NCBI GenBank assembly: GCA_001778055.1
Contig: MFFY01000061.1
Location: forward strand, 515 to 64,514
Direction of reading: 5' to 3'
DNA length: 64,000 nt
DNA from: Candidatus Falkowbacteria bacterium RIFCSPLOWO2_12_FULL_45_13
Lineage (GTDB): Bacteria; Patescibacteriota; Patescibacteriia; Patescibacteriales; GWC2-42-12
Shown here: positions 1 through 8,453 of the stretch, piece by piece
How the letters are laid out: each line of letters starts with the position of its first letter
Position numbering within the stretch: position 1 is the stretch's first letter
Position numbers and translations under genes: made by a program
The notes under the pieces: model-generated
Seen by the model: the letters and a program-made list of their open reading frames with translations, nothing else
Databases searched by the model: none
Told to the model about the DNA's origin: nothing

Positions 1-66
1 GTAAAATGCAAAAATCAAAATGTAAAATTAAAAGTTAGTTTCAATTTTTCATTTTTAACTGTCATT

Positions 67-1812
67 TTACATTTTGAGATTTAAATTTAAAACTTTCCTT
101 ATATCCACGATCTTCATCTGTACCGACCGCCGTCCGTTAAATTCGTTAAATTCCAAATAATAAACCGCGTCCACCTGGTCGCCAATCTTAAAGTTTTTGC
201 AGTTTTCCGCCTGGCAAAACCCGACGGCCCATAGATTGCCGAACCTAAATTTTATATGTTGGGCATTGGCGCCCATATTGACCTTATCCATTATTTTGAG
301 ACCGCGGCTTAAAAATTTCGGCCGGTCATTTTCTTCGCCGAAAGGCTCAAACTCTGCCAAAGTTTCTACCAGTTCGCTAGTTATTTCCGCCGTGCTAATT
401 TCCGCTTCAATTAAAATTTTAGGCGCCAATTCCGCGCCGGCCAATTCTTTGGCGGCCATAGCTTTTATTTTTTTAGAAAACTCCCCTAAATCTTCCCGGC
501 TTTTCAAAGTCAAACCGCAAGCCGCGGCGTGGCCGCCGAATTTTTTCAGATGCTGGCTTAATTGTTCAACCGCGCGAATGATATTAAATTCTTCTATGCT
601 CCGACCCGAGCCTTTAATTTCTTTATCAAATTTGGTGATCACCAGAGCCGGACGCGAATAGGCTTCGCAAAGCCTGCCCGCTACCAGCCCCATCACTCCT
701 TCGGGCCAGGGCCGGTTCCCCCGCCCGTCTTTGCCAGGACAAACCACCACTAAAATTTTATCGTCCAGCATTTTTCCCTCTACCATCTTTTGGGCAACGG
801 CGAATATTTCTTCGGTTATTTTTTGCCTGGCCTGATTTTTTTCATTAAGCTTTTGAGCGATTTCTCTAGCCTCGGTTTTGTCCTTGGTAATCAATAATTC
901 ATAGGCCGTATTGGCATGGTCCATCCGGCCGGCGGAATTTAAACGCGGCGCCAGCTGCCAGCCAATATTCCAGGCCTTAATCTCCCTTTCTCCATTTGAA
1001 TTAATTTGCGAAACTTTTATTAATTCATCAAGGCCCGTTCGTTTGCGCTGATTGATTATTTTCAATCCGGCTTTGACTAAAATTCTGTTTTCTCCGACCA
1101 AACTAACCATATCAGCCACCGTGCCGACGGCCACTAAATCTAAAATTTTATCTTCAAGTTTGACTTTTAAATTATCGTCCAATTTAGAGCGCTCAATCAG
1201 GGCTTTGGCGAATTTAAAGGCCACGCCGACTCCGGCTAAAAATTTATCAGGATAATCATCGGCCTTGGGATTGATAATCAAACAATCAGGCCAATCATCT
1301 CGGCTGGCCGGGACCTCGTGATGATCGGTCACGATTATGTCCAAACCCAGGCTGGCCGCGTAGACAACTTCTTTTTTATTGCGAATACCGTTATCGACGG
1401 TAATAATTAATTTAACCGCCTTTTTGGCGAATGCCTCAATCGCTTTTTTATTCAATCCATAACCCTCGCTGATTCTCCCTGGAATATAAACGCTGGCTTT
1501 GGCTTTAAAAGTATTTAGAATTTCAGTTAAAACCGCCGCGGCCGTGACCCCATCGGCGTCATAATCGCCGTAGACGACGATTGGTTCCCGCGCTTTGATG
1601 TGTTTAATCGTCAGGTCCGCGGCCGCCGCCATGTCCTTAAACAAAAATGGATCCGCCAAATCAGCCGAAGAGGAATTAAGAAATAATTTTATGTCTTTTT
1701 TCTGAATCAATCCCCGATTAAAAAAAAGCTGCGCAATAATTTTACCATATTCAATCTGCTGTTTAGCAAATTCAGCCGATAACTTGGGTTTTAGCTGCCA
1801 TTTATTTTGCAT
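67..1812 (-). CDS. recJ: Single-stranded-DNA-specific exonuclease RecJ (DHH/DHHA1 family)
   Basis: 581 aa ORF. The N-terminal half matches RecJ architecture, including VVYGDYDADGVTAAAVL and the DHH-type motif IVTDHHEVP. Domain order is consistent with bacterial RecJ. Confidence 0.85.
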   Translation of the reverse strand: MQNKWQLKPKLSAEFAKQQIEYGKIIAQLFFNRGLIQKKDIKLFLNSSSADLADPFLFKDMAAAADLTIKHIKAREPIVVYGDYDADGVTAAAVLTEILNTFKAKASVYIPGRISEGYGLNKKAIEAFAKKAVKLIITVDNGIRNKKEVVYAASLGLDIIVTDHHEVPASRDDWPDCLIINPKADDYPDKFLAGVGVAFKFAKALIERSKLDDNLKVKLEDKILDLVAVGTVADMVSLVGENRILVKAGLKIINQRKRTGLDELIKVSQINSNGEREIKAWNIGWQLAPRLNSAGRMDHANTAYELLITKDKTEAREIAQKLNEKNQARQKITEEIFAVAQKMVEGKMLDDKILVVVCPGKDGRGNRPWPEGVMGLVAGRLCEAYSRPALVITKFDKEIKGSGRSIEEFNIIRAVEQLSQHLKKFGGHAAACGLTLKSREDLGEFSKKIKAMAAKELAGAELAPKILIEAEISTAEITSELVETLAEFEPFGEENDRPKFLSRGLKIMDKVNMGANAQHIKFRFGNLWAVGFCQAENCKNFKIGDQVDAVYYLEFNEFNGRRSVQMKIVDIRKVLNLNLKM

Positions 1813-1814
1813 AA

Positions 1815-2350
1815 AATAAACTACCTCGCAGCAAGCTGACGAGGTATTAACCCTCGAAAAGTCTTGGCTGATTGGTATGAATTTGTTCGTACTTTAAACC
1901 TTAATTTTGAACATACTGCTTGATAGCCTCTTCGCTTGCTGCTTTACCAACCGTGTTAATGTAATAACCTTTCGTCCAAAATTCACCGCCCCAAAGCAAT
2001 TTTCTGATTTCCGGCTTTACGCGAAATATTTCCCGAGCCGTGATGCTTTTGACTATTTTCGCCAAATTGGTGGGGCTGATCATCGGAACAGACTGAATTA
2101 GAAAATGAACATGGTTTTGGTCAACGCCGATTTCAACAAAATGTATGTCAAACCTTTTTTCAATCTCCAAACAAATCTTCTTAATCTCTTGGTCTGCACC
2201 GGCCACATCCCTAAATACATTTCTGCGATATTTGGCCGGACAAACCAAATGATATAGTAGCAACGACGAATTATGTGATTTTTTTATGTGTTCGGACATG
2301 TTTTCATTCTAACGTACCCGCCCCTCGAGGCAAGCCTCGGGGAAATCTAT
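1815..2350 (-). mobile_element. IS200/IS605-family insertion sequence (tnpA only) with subterminal hairpins
   Basis: A Y1/HUH transposase ORF is flanked by imperfect hairpins: tacctcg...cgaggta at ~1823-1846 and cccctcgagg...cctcgggg at ~2321-2342. This is typical of IS200-like ends. The element abuts the recJ start. Confidence 0.6.
1901..2299 (-). CDS. tnpA: IS200/IS605 family transposase TnpA (Y1 HUH)
   Basis: 132 aa. HUH motif HVHFLIQ, conserved YxxK-type C-terminal region, and a size typical of IS200 TnpA. Confidence 0.85.
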   Translation of the reverse strand: MSEHIKKSHNSSLLLYHLVCPAKYRRNVFRDVAGADQEIKKICLEIEKRFDIHFVEIGVDQNHVHFLIQSVPMISPTNLAKIVKSITAREIFRVKPEIRKLLWGGEFWTKGYYINTVGKAASEEAIKQYVQN

Positions 2351-2582
2351 TCCATTATACCAATAAATCTACGAATCTGCTATAAATATCACGAATAAAT
2401 ATAACGCTAATTCGTGAATACATGATAATGCAGCGAGCAATATTTGTAATATTCGTAGCTGATTTGTAGATTCGTGGGGTTCAAAAAAAGCCGCCCACAG
2501 TCCAGGCCAGCATACTGAAAATCACCATCACGCTGATAATCACCCAAAGAATTTTTTGCAAAGGTTTCTTTTTCATATTTAT

Positions 2583-2742
2583 TGCTGTCATTGCGAGGAG
2601 CAAATGTAGCGAAGCGAAACGAGCGAGCGGCAACCTCACGGATGTCTATATTTCACTAAATCTCGCAAAGTTTTATAATGATTATTTTCATCGTTCGTGA
2701 GATTGCTTCGTCGCCTGATTACAGGCTCCTCGCAATGACAAA
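2583..2742. repeat. MITE-like structured repeat, copy A (terminal inverted repeat GTCATTGCGAG / CTCGCAATGAC, internal inverted repeat GCAATCTCACG / CGTGAGATTGC)
   Basis: Shares its termini and an internal AT-rich core (tcactaaatctcg...ttttat.atgattatt...cgttcgtgagattgc) with the copies at 11733-11925 and 33163-33326. Confidence 0.7.
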
Positions 2743-2790
2743 CGATATTGTACGCCACTCACCATGAAAACTCGCATAATGATATAAATT

Positions 2791-4620
2791 TTACCTCTTT
2801 AATAACTTAATAAACGTATCCGATGGAATTTCCACGCTGCCCTTACCGTGAGCCGTCATTTTCTTTTTGCCCTTTTTCTGCTTTTCCAACAATTTGCGTT
2901 TGCGCGTGACGTCGCCGCCGTAAAGCTTGGCCGTAACGTCTTTTTTCATGGCGGAAATTCTCTCGGCCGCGATAATTTTCCCGCCGATAGCCGCCTGCAA
3001 TTTGACCGCGAACATCTGCTTGGGCAAAGTTTCTTTTAAAGTAACCACGACTTCTTTACCGCGCTTAAAGGCTTCATCGCGATAAATTATCATGGCCAGC
3101 GCCTCGATCGCGTCTTCGGCCACCAGGATATCCATTTTTGCCACGTCGGCTTGCCTATAGGCGATAAAATCATAATTAACCGAAGCATAACCAGAGCTGG
3201 CGCTTTTTATTTTATCATAAAAATCCGTCAAAATCGCGACCAAGGGGATTTCATAATGCAAAATCACCCTGGTCTCGTCAATATACTCGGTATTCTTATA
3301 AATACCGCGCTTCTCCTGCACCAAATTCAAAATTGGCCCGATATATTCTTTGGGCGCGATGATATCCAGACTAACCCATGGCTCTTCAATCCTGTCTGTT
3401 TGCGAAGGGTCAGGCAATTTCTGCGGACTGCGGATGATCAGTCCTTCGCCGTTCTTTTTAAAAACCTTGTAGGCGACGCTGGGAACGGTAACGATTAAAT
3501 TTAAATTATATTCTCTTTTCAGGCGCTCTTGAAAAATTTCCAAATGCAATAACCCCAAAAAACCGCATCTGAAGCCAAAACCCAAAGCTTCGGAATTTTC
3601 CGGCTCATAAATTAAAGCGGCATCGTTAAGCTTTAATTTGGCTAGGGCTTCTCTTAATTCCTCAAATTCATTGCCCTCGCGCGGAAAAATTCCGGCAAAA
3701 ACCATTGGCTTTACTTCATCATAGCCTTTTAGCGCTTTGGTGTCATGGCTAAACTTCGTTAGCGCCACTGTGTCGCCCACTCGGGCATAGCTGACGTCTC
3801 TAAAACCGGTAACAATATAGCCAATCTCGCCTGCCTTTAATTCGCCGGTTGACTTATACTCCGGTTTAAACACCCCGGCGTCCAAAGCTTCGCTTTTGGC
3901 CTGGGTGGCAAGCAATACTATTTTATCGCCCTTTTTCACCATGCCGTCGAAGATTCTGACATAAACCACCACGCCGCGGTATTCGTCATAGGTTGAATCA
4001 AAAATCAACGCCCGCAAAGGCCTTTCGTCATAATCTATCCAATCGCCGTTTGATCGAGATTTCGCCATTTTATTATATTTTTCAGCCGGTGCCGGGACGC
4101 GGTCAATTACCGTTTTTAACACTTCAACCACGCCCTGTCCGGTTTTAGCGGAAGCTAAAATAATCTCTTGAGGCTGACAACCTAATAAATGAATAATTTC
4201 TTTTTTTGTTTTTTCTATATTGGCCGCCGGCAAATCAATTTTGTTTATCACCGGAATAACGGCTAAATTCTGCTCTAAGGCTAAGTATAAATTGGCCATG
4301 GTTTGCGCCTGAATGCCCTGGGTCGCGTCCACGAGCATTATGGCGCCCTCAACCGCGGCCAGGCTGCGAGAAACCTCATAGGTAAAATCCACATGTCCCG
4401 GCGTATCAATCAAATTTAGAATGAAGCCCGAGTATTCCATTCTGACCGGCTGCAGCTTAATGGTAATTCCCCTTTCCCGCTCCAGATCCATTTGGTCAAG
4501 CACCTGATTTCTCATTTTTCTTTTCTCAATCGTGCCGGTTATTTCCAGCATGCGGTCAGCCATGGTGGACTTGCCGTGGTCAATATGGGCAATGATGCAA
4601 AAATTTCTTATCTTGGACAT
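2791..4620 (-). CDS. lepA: Elongation factor 4 (LepA)
   Basis: 609 aa. N-terminal GTPase motif IRNFCIIAHIDHGKSTMADRML, the LepA-specific C-terminal domain, and a typical length. Confidence 0.95.
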   Translation of the reverse strand: MSKIRNFCIIAHIDHGKSTMADRMLEITGTIEKRKMRNQVLDQMDLERERGITIKLQPVRMEYSGFILNLIDTPGHVDFTYEVSRSLAAVEGAIMLVDATQGIQAQTMANLYLALEQNLAVIPVINKIDLPAANIEKTKKEIIHLLGCQPQEIILASAKTGQGVVEVLKTVIDRVPAPAEKYNKMAKSRSNGDWIDYDERPLRALIFDSTYDEYRGVVVYVRIFDGMVKKGDKIVLLATQAKSEALDAGVFKPEYKSTGELKAGEIGYIVTGFRDVSYARVGDTVALTKFSHDTKALKGYDEVKPMVFAGIFPREGNEFEELREALAKLKLNDAALIYEPENSEALGFGFRCGFLGLLHLEIFQERLKREYNLNLIVTVPSVAYKVFKKNGEGLIIRSPQKLPDPSQTDRIEEPWVSLDIIAPKEYIGPILNLVQEKRGIYKNTEYIDETRVILHYEIPLVAILTDFYDKIKSASSGYASVNYDFIAYRQADVAKMDILVAEDAIEALAMIIYRDEAFKRGKEVVVTLKETLPKQMFAVKLQAAIGGKIIAAERISAMKKDVTAKLYGGDVTRKRKLLEKQKKGKKKMTAHGKGSVEIPSDTFIKLLKR

Positions 4621-5004
4621 AATATTCGTAAATTTACAAAATATAACCCGGCAATTCGCGGGCTATCGCTATCATCATCCTACTAATTTTTAAGGGTTAG
4701 GTCAAATTTTATTATATTTTTAATAAAAAACACGGTGCTCGTTTAAAAGCTCCGTGTCGCGGTTTCGGCTTTCACGCCTACGATTGGCCTACAAGGCCAA
4801 AAGGATCCTCCTCTGCGGACAAATCGGAAAAGCCTTGTGGCTCGGGTTTGGGCAGACTTTCCGTACTTACGTGGTCTTTGCAATACGAAACAATTCGCAA
4901 AGAGACCTCGTCCTCGCTAACAGTCAAGTACTCCACACTTTTCCCGTCTTGTCTACACATTGTTATCATAATTTTTTATTTGTTTTTTATTGAAAATTTT
5001 AAGC

Positions 5005-5352
5005 TCATGCCGCCCAGCGTATCCGCCACTCCGGCACATGTTCAGCCTGACATTTTTTAATAAGCCGCCAATGTTCATCAGCCTGCTTATATTCGCAAGT
5101 TCTGTAGGTGCACTTTTTGTGGTCGTGGTACGGAACAAAATCCGTCTCGTAAAGGATTACAAAGCGCGGAGAGCCGATTGAGTGAAGCTCAATTAAGAGC
5201 TCGCGGTGGCATTTGTTAATCGTTATCAGTGCAACCACTGCCTGCACCTTGATTATTAGTTTTCCGATACATATCAGTAGCAGCAGCAATGCCAACAAAG
5301 GCGAGAGTGCTACAATGGCGATGATCAGTCCTGCCAACTTTACTATTTTCAT
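5005..5352 (-). CDS. Hypothetical small membrane protein (N-terminal TM helix, C-terminal Cys/His-rich segment)
   Basis: 115 aa ORF with a plausible Shine-Dalgarno-like AGAGGA about 7 nt upstream of the ATG. Hydrophobic N-terminus, no recognisable family. Confidence 0.35.
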   Translation of the reverse strand: MKIVKLAGLIIAIVALSPLLALLLLLICIGKLIIKVQAVVALITINKCHRELLIELHSIGSPRFVILYETDFVPYHDHKKCTYRTCEYKQADEHWRLIKKCQAEHVPEWRIRWAA

Positions 5353-5558
5353 TATTAATCCTCTGTTTGTTGATGTTGATTGCGTTTATTGCAGGTTGCA
5401 AATATTCTTCCGCAAGTTAAAGGATAGAGTATCTAAAACCTGCAATAATTAGCTAATCTTATTTAATTTTAAGGTACGATGATTAACTTTGATTTATACC
5501 ACAAAAATTAATTAATGTCCAGACCGAAAATTAATCCAAAATCGCAAATCATAAATTC

Positions 5559-7199
5559 TTAGATGCCTCTGGCTTCTCCCTGATCCGGAGAGCCAACTTT
5601 TTTACCCGGCCAACGGCGTTTCAAAGATGACCAAAAGTTAAATAATTCCTCGCTTTTTAAAGTCAAACAAACTAAAACATAAACAAAAATTCCCGCCAAA
5701 CCGGCAACTAGGCCTTGAGTTAAAACGCCCCAAAATCTGGTCATGTCAATATTGGCGCCGATAATTAATTTCACGCCCTGAACCGCCAGCCCGGCCGCCA
5801 AAGCGGCTAATAAAAATTTTATGGTTGAAACAAATATTTTAATTTCATCTAACCAGCCAATCTCCAGATTCAGCCACAGCCAAAGCAAAATCAAGTTCAT
5901 GACGCTGGCCAGAGAAAAGGCCAAAGCCAAACCAGCGACGCCCAGGCGGTCGGACAGCCAAATTGATAAAAAAATGTTGGCTAACGCCGCGATCAGGCCG
6001 ATGATAAAAGGAGTTTTAGCCGTCAAACGGGCATAAAAGACGCGAACCAATAGCGGAATCAAGGCTTGGGCGAAAAGCGACAAGCAAAAAAAGCCCAGAG
6101 TATCAATCGTCAGAACCGTGTCCTGCCAATCAAACTGGCCGGTGCCTAAAATAACCCTGATAATTTGCGCGCGCAAAGCCAGCAGAATAACGGTGGCCGG
6201 TATGATAAAAAACAATATTTGCCGTACCGTTAAAGACAGGTCTTTAACCAAAATTTTTTTATCAAAAGCCGCGGCCGACATGGCCGGAAAGGCGGCGATG
6301 GCGAAGGAAATGCCGAAAATGCCCACCGGAAAAGACTGTAAATTGTTGGCTAGATTGAACACCGCCAGCGACCCGCTGGCCAAGGTTGAGGCGATAATAG
6401 TAATAACCAGTAAATTTAGCTGCGAAATAGCCAGGCTCATGGTCCGCGGTACCATCATCAGCCAAATTTTCATGACTTTCTCGCTTCTAAAATTAAAACT
6501 TAATTTATACTTAAAGCCAAGTTGAATCAGGGCAGGAAGTTGAATCAGCAGATGAGCCAGAGCGCCCAGGCAGACGCCCCAGGCCAAACCGTAAATTCCC
6601 CAGCTTGGCGCTAAAAATAAAGCGCCGATAATAATGCCGATATTATAAAAAATCGGCGATAAGGAATAAACAAAAAATCTTTTAAACGATTGCAAGACGC
6701 CGCCGCAGACGCTGGAAATACCTAAAAAAATCGGCGATAAAAACATTATTCTTGATAAATTTATGGTCAAGGCCATTTTCTCCTGATTAAATCCGGGAGT
6801 AATCAGCTTCATAATTTGCGGAGCGAAAATCACGCCCAAGCCACATAAAATTATGAGCCCGACGGTTAAAATGTTTAAGACGTTGCTGGTTAATTCCCAG
6901 GCCTCTTTATACCGATCGCCAAATAAAGAGCGGACTTTTTGCAGCGGTCCGTTAATCAATGAGGTGAAAATCGGAATAAAGCCGGCCGACAGCGCCCCCA
7001 ATATAAGCAAATTAAAAATTAAATCCGGGACGCGGAAAGCCGCGTAATAAATATCCAAAGTATCGCCGGCGCCAAACTGACCGGCTAAAATCCGATCGCG
7101 AAAAATTCCCAAAAAACGGCTGATTAAAGAAGATCCGCCGACCAGCAAGGCGGCCATGGTGATGCTGTTTATTTCGCCATTGAGCAGACGTTTGATCAT
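5559..7199 (-). CDS. murJ: Lipid II flippase MurJ (MviN family)
   Basis: 546 aa polytopic membrane protein. N-terminal motif LISRFLGIFRDRILAGQFGAGDTLDIYYAAFRVPDLIFNLL is typical of MurJ. Confidence 0.9.
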   Translation of the reverse strand: MIKRLLNGEINSITMAALLVGGSSLISRFLGIFRDRILAGQFGAGDTLDIYYAAFRVPDLIFNLLILGALSAGFIPIFTSLINGPLQKVRSLFGDRYKEAWELTSNVLNILTVGLIILCGLGVIFAPQIMKLITPGFNQEKMALTINLSRIMFLSPIFLGISSVCGGVLQSFKRFFVYSLSPIFYNIGIIIGALFLAPSWGIYGLAWGVCLGALAHLLIQLPALIQLGFKYKLSFNFRSEKVMKIWLMMVPRTMSLAISQLNLLVITIIASTLASGSLAVFNLANNLQSFPVGIFGISFAIAAFPAMSAAAFDKKILVKDLSLTVRQILFFIIPATVILLALRAQIIRVILGTGQFDWQDTVLTIDTLGFFCLSLFAQALIPLLVRVFYARLTAKTPFIIGLIAALANIFLSIWLSDRLGVAGLALAFSLASVMNLILLWLWLNLEIGWLDEIKIFVSTIKFLLAALAAGLAVQGVKLIIGANIDMTRFWGVLTQGLVAGLAGIFVYVLVCLTLKSEELFNFWSSLKRRWPGKKVGSPDQGEARGI

Positions 7200-7284
7200 A
7201 ATTAAAAGATACTATAACCAAGAAACAATAATCAAACAAGTAAAATTGCAAATTCAAAACTAAATTTTATTATTCACCTTTTGG

Positions 7285-8337
7285 TTATTGGTTATTCAAG
7301 ATTTCCTTGACTTCCCTCATAATCATCAGCTCTTCATCGGTTTTAATCGCCAGCACGGGCAGCTCGCCTAAACATTTAATTTTTTTCATAACTTCTAAAC
7401 GTGTCGTCGGGTTGCCCGAGCCAATCGCGCCGGTAAAAATTATCGCGTCCACCCGGCCATTAAGCTCGACCCAATAAGCGCCAATATATTTAGCCAAACG
7501 GTTAATCGCCAAGGCAAAGGCTAATTTTGCCGCCCGGCCGCCCAAAGAGACGTTGGTTAAAAACGTCAGATAATTTTCAGAACCAGACAAACCCTTAATG
7601 CCTGACTGCTTATTTAATATATCATAAAGTTGATCCAGCTTGGCCCGGTTCAATTCTCCCGGCATAATTTCCAGCAGTTTAAAAATTATCCCCGGGTCCA
7701 TGTCCCCCGCTCTGGCCATCATGACTAAGCCCTCCAAGGGAGTAAATCCCATGGAAGTATCGACTGGCAAGCCGTTTTTTATGGCGGTAATGGACCAGCC
7801 GCCGCCCAAATGACAACTGATTAAATTTATTTTATGGACTTTTTTCTGCAGCAGCTTGGCGGCTTCAATCATGACAAATTTATGCGAAATGCCATGAAAA
7901 CCGTAGCGGCGGAGATTATATTTTTCCGTTAACTCCAAGGGCAAAGCGTAAAATTTAGCCGTTTCAGGCAGATCGTGGTAAAAGGCCGTATCAAAAACCC
8001 CCACCTGCTTGGCTTGCGGCAGATAGGCTATGGCCGCCCTGATGCCGGCCAAATTATAAGGATTATGGAGCGGCGCCAAATCATTGAATTGCTCCAATTC
8101 AAAAAGGCGGCTGGCGTCAACTAGCAGCGGTTGAAAAAATTTGTGGCCGCCATGAACCACTCTGTGCCCCACGGCCGCCAAATCCCTCAAATCACCGATT
8201 TCTCTTAAAACTAACTTGACGGCCGTAAAATGGTCTTTAATATTTTCAATGCAACCTTGCTTGATCTCCTTTTCATCATCGGCGAAGAGCTTGTATTTGA
8301 CCGAAGTAGAACCTGAATTTATGGCTAAAATGGACAT
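7285..8337 (-). CDS. ackA: Acetate/propionate kinase family protein (short form)
   Basis: 350 aa. Carries ILAINSGSTSVKYKLF (ATP-binding N-terminal motif), GHRVVHGG, RYGFHGISH, ISCHLGGGWSITAI and the C-terminal EELMIMREV. It is shorter than canonical AckA (~400 aa). Confidence 0.8.
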   Translation of the reverse strand: MSILAINSGSTSVKYKLFADDEKEIKQGCIENIKDHFTAVKLVLREIGDLRDLAAVGHRVVHGGHKFFQPLLVDASRLFELEQFNDLAPLHNPYNLAGIRAAIAYLPQAKQVGVFDTAFYHDLPETAKFYALPLELTEKYNLRRYGFHGISHKFVMIEAAKLLQKKVHKINLISCHLGGGWSITAIKNGLPVDTSMGFTPLEGLVMMARAGDMDPGIIFKLLEIMPGELNRAKLDQLYDILNKQSGIKGLSGSENYLTFLTNVSLGGRAAKLAFALAINRLAKYIGAYWVELNGRVDAIIFTGAIGSGNPTTRLEVMKKIKCLGELPVLAIKTDEELMIMREVKEILNNQ

Positions 8338-8453
8338 AATAAAAATTTAAAATGTAAAAATTAAAATGTAAAATTATTGTAAAAATTACTCCGTAAAAAA
8401 AATTAAAATTTTTTTCACTCCATAATTTTTAATTTTAATTTTTACATTTTAAA

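Noticed and set aside
197-753. Plus-strand ORFs of 154 and 63 aa overlapping recJ
   Set aside because: They are antisense to recJ and have no ribosome-binding site or recognisable domains.
7012-7257. 81-aa minus-strand ORF overlapping the murJ start and its upstream repeat
   Set aside because: It overlaps murJ and the promoter-proximal repeat, with a low-complexity translation.
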